Part shown: positions 59,962-64,000 of the stretch, one piece after another | How positions within the stretch are numbered: the stretch's first letter is position 1 | Layout of the letters: every line of letters starts with the position of its first letter | Assembly: GCA_017513085.1 (NCBI GenBank) | Contig: JAFWDK010000019.1 | Span: 64,001-128,000, forward strand | DNA length: 64,000 nt | Reading direction: 5' to 3' | Origin: Clostridiales bacterium | GTDB taxonomy: Bacteria > Bacillota > Clostridia > Saccharofermentanales > Saccharofermentanaceae | The notes under the pieces: generated by a model | Database searches by the model: none | What the model was told of the DNA's origin: nothing | What the model saw: the letters and a program-made list of their open reading frames with translations, nothing else | Position numbers and translations under genes: made by a program

Positions 59962-61893
59962 ATGCCTTTACTATCTGTAAATAAAGTTTCGAAAACTTAC
60001 CACTCACGCCTTCTTTTAGATGGCGTGTCTTTTTCTGTCGAACGCGGAGATAAGATCGCGCTCATCGGAAATAACGGAACCGGAAAATCCACGTTGTTCA
60101 AGATGATCCAGGGCAAAGTGGAACCTGACGAAGGAGAGATCCTCCATCACGGAACTGCAATCGCCGGTTATCTTTCCCAGAACATGGATGAACTGGATCT
60201 AAGCGGAAGCCTTCTCATATCCGAAGAGCTCGCCGATATTTCAGACAAGATGCATGATGCGGAGTTCCGGCTTTCCACTTCTGACGCGGCCACTTCCCAA
60301 TCCTTGCTTCGCGAATATGAGCAGCTGACCGCCCGTTTCGAAGCATTGGGCGGTTACGATTACGAACCCCGCATGAAAGCCGCATTGGCAGGTCTCGGTC
60401 TTTCCAACATCGACTGGACCCGTGACGTAACCAGTTTCTCCGGTGGCGAAAAGATGCGCATTTGTCTTGCCAGACTCATCGTCTCCCGTCCGGACATTCT
60501 CCTGCTCGACGAGCCGACCAACCATCTGGACACAGAAGCCATGGAATGGCTGGAATCATTTATCCGTTCATATGGCGGCGCCGTTCTTCTCATTTCGCAC
60601 GACCGTTACTTTATCGATCACACGGTCACGAAGATCTTCGAACTGGAAAACTCTCACATTACTGCCTATCGCGGTAATTACACTGACTACAAGGAACAAA
60701 AACAGCGTTTTCTTGATGACCAGCGCCAGCTGATCGCAAATCTTGAAAAAGAACTTCACCGTCAGGAAGGTGTGACTCAGACCATGCTTTCCCATAGAAA
60801 CATTTCCGGGTATCACGCACGCGAAAAAGTCGTAGCCAAGCTGTCTGATCGTCTTGCCGAAGAACGGGCGAAGATCACCGGCGGTCCTCTTCGCATGAGT
60901 TTTAAACTGATGCCGGAAGAACGTTCCGGCGACGAAAACAAGAAACTCCTGGAGGCCAGAAAGATCGGCAAGACTTTCCCTGACGGAAAAGTGCTTTTTA
61001 CAGACGTATCTTTTGAGATCAAAGCTTCCGACAAGTTTTTCCTGGTAGGTCCGAACGGGTGCGGTAAGACCACCATGCTCTCCCTTCTTCTGGGAAAAGT
61101 GGATGACTTCGACGGCGATGTCCTTGTTTCCGGATCATCGCGGATCGGATATATGGGACAGTTCGTCCCGTTTGAAGATGAGTCCCGGACGATCCTGGAC
61201 GAACTCATGACACGAAGTGAACTCAGCGAAAAATCAGCCAGAAACCTTCTGGCCCGATTCGGGTTTCGTGATATCGACGTCTATAAAGAAATCTCCGTCC
61301 TTTCCGGCGGCGAACGTTCCAGACTCTACCTTTGCTGCCTGCTGGAAGAAAAACCGGAACTTCTCTTTCTCGACGAACCGACTAACCATCTGGATATCGA
61401 TTCCCGTGAAGTTCTTGAGGACGCTCTCGCCGAATACAATGGTGCGATCCTGGCCGTCAGCCATGACCGTTATTTCATTGAAAAATGCCGTAGCAAGATC
61501 CTCGGCTTTTTCGGTACCCGCGTAGACCTGATGGATAGTTACGAGCAGTACCGGAAGAAATATGCTGCGTTTACCGCTTCAGAAGATGAAAACCGTGCCA
61601 GAGCCGCTTCCGAACTCCGTGCGGCGGAAAAAGAACGCAAGTCAGCTGAACGTGATGCTGCCAAAGAACGTACACCGGGAGTCAACCGTGCACAGGAGCG
61701 TCGTGAAAACGCCAAGCGCAAAGAACGGATCCGTTTCCTTGAGGGGCGCATCGCCGAACTGGAAGAGGAACAGAAAACGCTGGAGGCTTCCTTCGGTCCG
61801 GATACCTCACCGGAAGACTATGACCGGTATGCCAAAAATGCCGAGGAACTGGAAAACATGTATACCGAATACATGGACCTGGAAGGCTCCTGA
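59962..61893 (+). CDS. ABC-F family ribosome-associated ATPase
   Basis: Two NBDs (GNNGTGKST, GPNGCGKTT; SGGE; LDEPTNHLD twice), no TM and a C-terminal coiled coil. Confidence 0.95.
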   Translation: MPLLSVNKVSKTYHSRLLLDGVSFSVERGDKIALIGNNGTGKSTLFKMIQGKVEPDEGEILHHGTAIAGYLSQNMDELDLSGSLLISEELADISDKMHDAEFRLSTSDAATSQSLLREYEQLTARFEALGGYDYEPRMKAALAGLGLSNIDWTRDVTSFSGGEKMRICLARLIVSRPDILLLDEPTNHLDTEAMEWLESFIRSYGGAVLLISHDRYFIDHTVTKIFELENSHITAYRGNYTDYKEQKQRFLDDQRQLIANLEKELHRQEGVTQTMLSHRNISGYHAREKVVAKLSDRLAEERAKITGGPLRMSFKLMPEERSGDENKKLLEARKIGKTFPDGKVLFTDVSFEIKASDKFFLVGPNGCGKTTMLSLLLGKVDDFDGDVLVSGSSRIGYMGQFVPFEDESRTILDELMTRSELSEKSARNLLARFGFRDIDVYKEISVLSGGERSRLYLCCLLEEKPELLFLDEPTNHLDIDSREVLEDALAEYNGAILAVSHDRYFIEKCRSKILGFFGTRVDLMDSYEQYRKKYAAFTASEDENRARAASELRAAEKERKSAERDAAKERTPGVNRAQERRENAKRKERIRFLEGRIAELEEEQKTLEASFGPDTSPEDYDRYAKNAEELENMYTEYMDLEGS

Positions 61894-61900
61894 CGATGTC

Positions 61901-62449
61901 TTAAAGACCTGAAGACAGTCTTTCAAAAAAATCATGCATCTCTTCGGGAGTTTTCTCCTCGTACTGCGTCAGCCACTGACGCACGAGGAAGTAAGAAGAC
62001 CATCCCATACAGTTGCGTATCATCTCATGCTCGGCCTCATCCTTGATCAGCAGATTCTTTCTTTCTTCAATAAAACCGTCCACAAACCAGGTAAAAAAAT
62101 CTCTGGCTGTATTTTCAACATGGGCATCCGCCTCTGCGCTGAATAGTATCTTCAATTCATCCCGTACGGAATAGATATATATAAGGACTTTTTTCCGCTT
62201 TTCTCCTATAGTCTTATTCGAGTCAGCCAGAAAAATTTCTCTCACTTTCTTTGCATGATCAATTCCGATTTCCAAAAGAATATCTCTCGGTATCACATAG
62301 TGGTTATAAAACGTAGTGCGATTGACCTGTGCCTCCCGGCACAACTCACTTACCGTTATCTTCTCCAGAGGCTTTTTCTTCAGGCAACGGAAAAGCCCCT
62401 CTTTCAACATTCTTTTCGAGATCGTCACTCGCAGATTCTGCTCCTTCAT
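61901..62449 (-). CDS. TetR/AcrR-family regulator
   Basis: KITVSELCREAQVNRTTFYNHY. Confidence 0.92.
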   Translation of the reverse strand: MKEQNLRVTISKRMLKEGLFRCLKKKPLEKITVSELCREAQVNRTTFYNHYVIPRDILLEIGIDHAKKVREIFLADSNKTIGEKRKKVLIYIYSVRDELKILFSAEADAHVENTARDFFTWFVDGFIEERKNLLIKDEAEHEMIRNCMGWSSYFLVRQWLTQYEEKTPEEMHDFFERLSSGL

Positions 62450-62599
62450 ACGCTACTCCTGATTCTCACTTTTAAACCGACACTTTTATACAATGTGTCG
62501 ATTTCACAACACTTGTCCATATAATGCTGATTGTAACTTCAACACCTGTCGATTACAATAATTTTGTGAAATGGAGCAATATCATTTCCCATTTATGCC

Positions 62600-62647
62600 T
62601 AAAAAATGATGCATCACTTGACAAAGGTCCAAGTGATGCATCATTTT
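62600..62647. terminator. Perfect 18-bp inverted repeat; terminator after the deacetylase gene
   Basis: AAAATGATGCATCACTTG-N9-CAAGTGATGCATCATTTT. Confidence 0.8.
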
Positions 62648-62689
62648 GTATACAGATTAATACTCTTCGTTACCGATCGTTCGGAATTC

Positions 62690-63742
62690 TTACGAATACA
62701 GCTTCTGCTCAATATAGATCTTGCCGTTACTGTATACATAACGTACACCGATAACTCCGCCTCCTGGTGCCGCTGTAGCTTCTTCAGCTGTATATCCACC
62801 GCTGATCGCCTTGTCTACAGTAAGATCTGTCTGGGCAGCCAGAAGTTCCGATACGGTTACGAATGTGAATCCCTTCTCCTTCAGACCTTTGATCATTGCC
62901 GGAAGAGAATCCACCGTTGACTTATGCACATCGTGTAAAAGGACACAGTCGTTAGCAATTGCATGCTCCACAACATAATTAGCCGTGTACTCCGCGTCGC
63001 CATTCGCCGGCTTCGCCCAGTCACTCGGACAACTGGAGTCATTCCAGTTCACAATAAACTGATGGTTTTCTCTGGCATAGTCGAAAAGACCTTTCTGCTT
63101 CGCACCTGCGCCCGTCGGCGGACGGATGACCGTCGCCTTCTGTCCGATTTTAGCCATCAGGACGTCATCACACTTCTTGAGTTGATTGATCGCTTCGTCA
63201 TATTCCACCTTGGAAAGCGTGGCATGGCTCCATGTATGGTTACCGATCTCGCATCCCTGGTCCACCATTCTCTGGAGAACAGAAGCATCCGTTCCATCCA
63301 CACACTGTCCGATCATAAAGAAGGTCGCGGTGATACCTTCCTCTTTCAGCGTATCCAGAACCTGTGTCGTATACTGGCTCGGACCATCATCGAAAGTCAG
63401 CGCGATAAGCTTCGCGCCCTCAGGATAAGTAGCTCTGCTCACTGGAACCGCCTCGGCAGTCGTCGCACTCGTATCAGGTGTTGTATCTGCTTGAGTCTCG
63501 GACTCGGAAACATCAGTATCGGATGACGGCGCAAGCGTTGCTTCTCCCGTCGTAGTTGTTGGTGAAGACTCATCTTTAGCTGATACCTTGTTGATCGAAG
63601 AGATCAAGAAAACAAAGGCACAAAAGAGGATCATAAACACAGTAAAAAGACATAGAGCCGTGTTCCGCAAAGCATTCAGCTGCTTCGTCAACGTCCGCTT
63701 AGGATTCTGACTCGGTTTACGCGGCATTTGTGAGTAACTCAT
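62690..63742 (-). CDS. Membrane-anchored polysaccharide/peptidoglycan deacetylase (CE4)
   Basis: N-terminal TM, S/T-rich linker, LTFDDGP, NHTWSH, RPP and LLHD. Confidence 0.93.
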   Translation of the reverse strand: MSYSQMPRKPSQNPKRTLTKQLNALRNTALCLFTVFMILFCAFVFLISSINKVSAKDESSPTTTTGEATLAPSSDTDVSESETQADTTPDTSATTAEAVPVSRATYPEGAKLIALTFDDGPSQYTTQVLDTLKEEGITATFFMIGQCVDGTDASVLQRMVDQGCEIGNHTWSHATLSKVEYDEAINQLKKCDDVLMAKIGQKATVIRPPTGAGAKQKGLFDYARENHQFIVNWNDSSCPSDWAKPANGDAEYTANYVVEHAIANDCVLLHDVHKSTVDSLPAMIKGLKEKGFTFVTVSELLAAQTDLTVDKAISGGYTAEEATAAPGGGVIGVRYVYSNGKIYIEQKLYS

Positions 63743-63875
63743 GGAAATGGCCTCCTTGATTCCTAAATCATCATTTTCCAGTCTGATTATAGCATACCTT
63801 TATATAGTACAACACCGAAAAAGCACTTCCATCACTATTTTGTCACATAGTTATAATCCTGCTGAAAATATATAA

Positions 63876-63905
63876 GAGGCTGGCTCACTTTCATGAGACA
63901 GCCTC
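63876..63905 (-). terminator. Probable terminator after fba
   Basis: GAGGCTG...CAGCCTC stem followed by TTATATATTTT on the minus strand. Confidence 0.65.
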
Positions 63906-63936
63906 GTGATGTTCATGCAATTATGGTCTTCGACGA

Positions 63937-64000
63937 TCAAGCCTTACCATCAGAACCCAGAACGTACTTGATCTTATGAGCAACCATATCCTTAACAGCC
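63937..64000 (-). CDS. fba: C-terminus of a probable class II fructose-bisphosphate aldolase (partial)
   Basis: ...AVKDMVAHKIKYVLGSDGKA-stop resembles clostridial Fba termini; only 20 codons are visible. Confidence 0.65.
   Translation of the reverse strand, partial: AVKDMVAHKIKYVLGSDGKA

Noticed and set aside
62600-62647. Perfect 18-bp inverted repeat as a MITE or IS end
   Set aside because: Single copy, no target-site duplication, and its position fits a terminator for the deacetylase gene.
1-64000. Visually frequent GATC/CGATCG words, and a search for CRISPR arrays or DGR-type repeats
   Set aside because: GATC is plausibly explained by ATC and GAT codon usage and was not counted; no regularly spaced repeats or reverse transcriptase were seen.

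Overview
Chromosomal, largely housekeeping segment of a Bacillota/Clostridia-type bacterium; lineage is inferred from Cheo-type LexA boxes, the darA/ricT/holB/tmk cluster, a clostridial ferredoxin and short-type leuC/leuD. I saw no prophage, IS, integrase or CRISPR array. From left to right it holds uvrB (truncated); a small-ORF/XRE unit; tatD and metG; a Y-family polymerase/YolD SOS cassette; a divergent operon of nucleoside-phosphorylase-like, spore-photoproduct-lyase-like radical SAM, Zn-ribbon membrane and SDR genes; three tandem Zn-ribbon single-pass paralogues; Rho with a ~300-aa low-complexity N-terminus; mreB; leuS-luxE-luxC; a c-di-GMP phosphodiesterase; the tmk...rsmI cluster; an AraC-folE-folP-folB-folK run behind an apparently catalytically dead esterase homologue; tRNA-Gln; a galactofuranose surface-modification cassette; a ChvE/GguAB sugar ABC transporter; ppx-ppk1; leuCDB; an ABC-F; TetR; a polysaccharide deacetylase; and the tail of fba. 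The best lead is at 2148-2717, where a 50-codon leader ORF has final codons that pair over 16 nt with the 5' arm of a downstream intrinsic terminator. This is the layout of a ribosome-coupled transcription attenuator, here controlling a small XRE regulator. The second lead is the SPL-like operon, whose radical SAM enzyme appears to lack the SplB H-donor Cys and which sits back-to-back with a LexA-boxed mutagenic polymerase. All calls were made by eye from motifs; no searches or folding programs were run.
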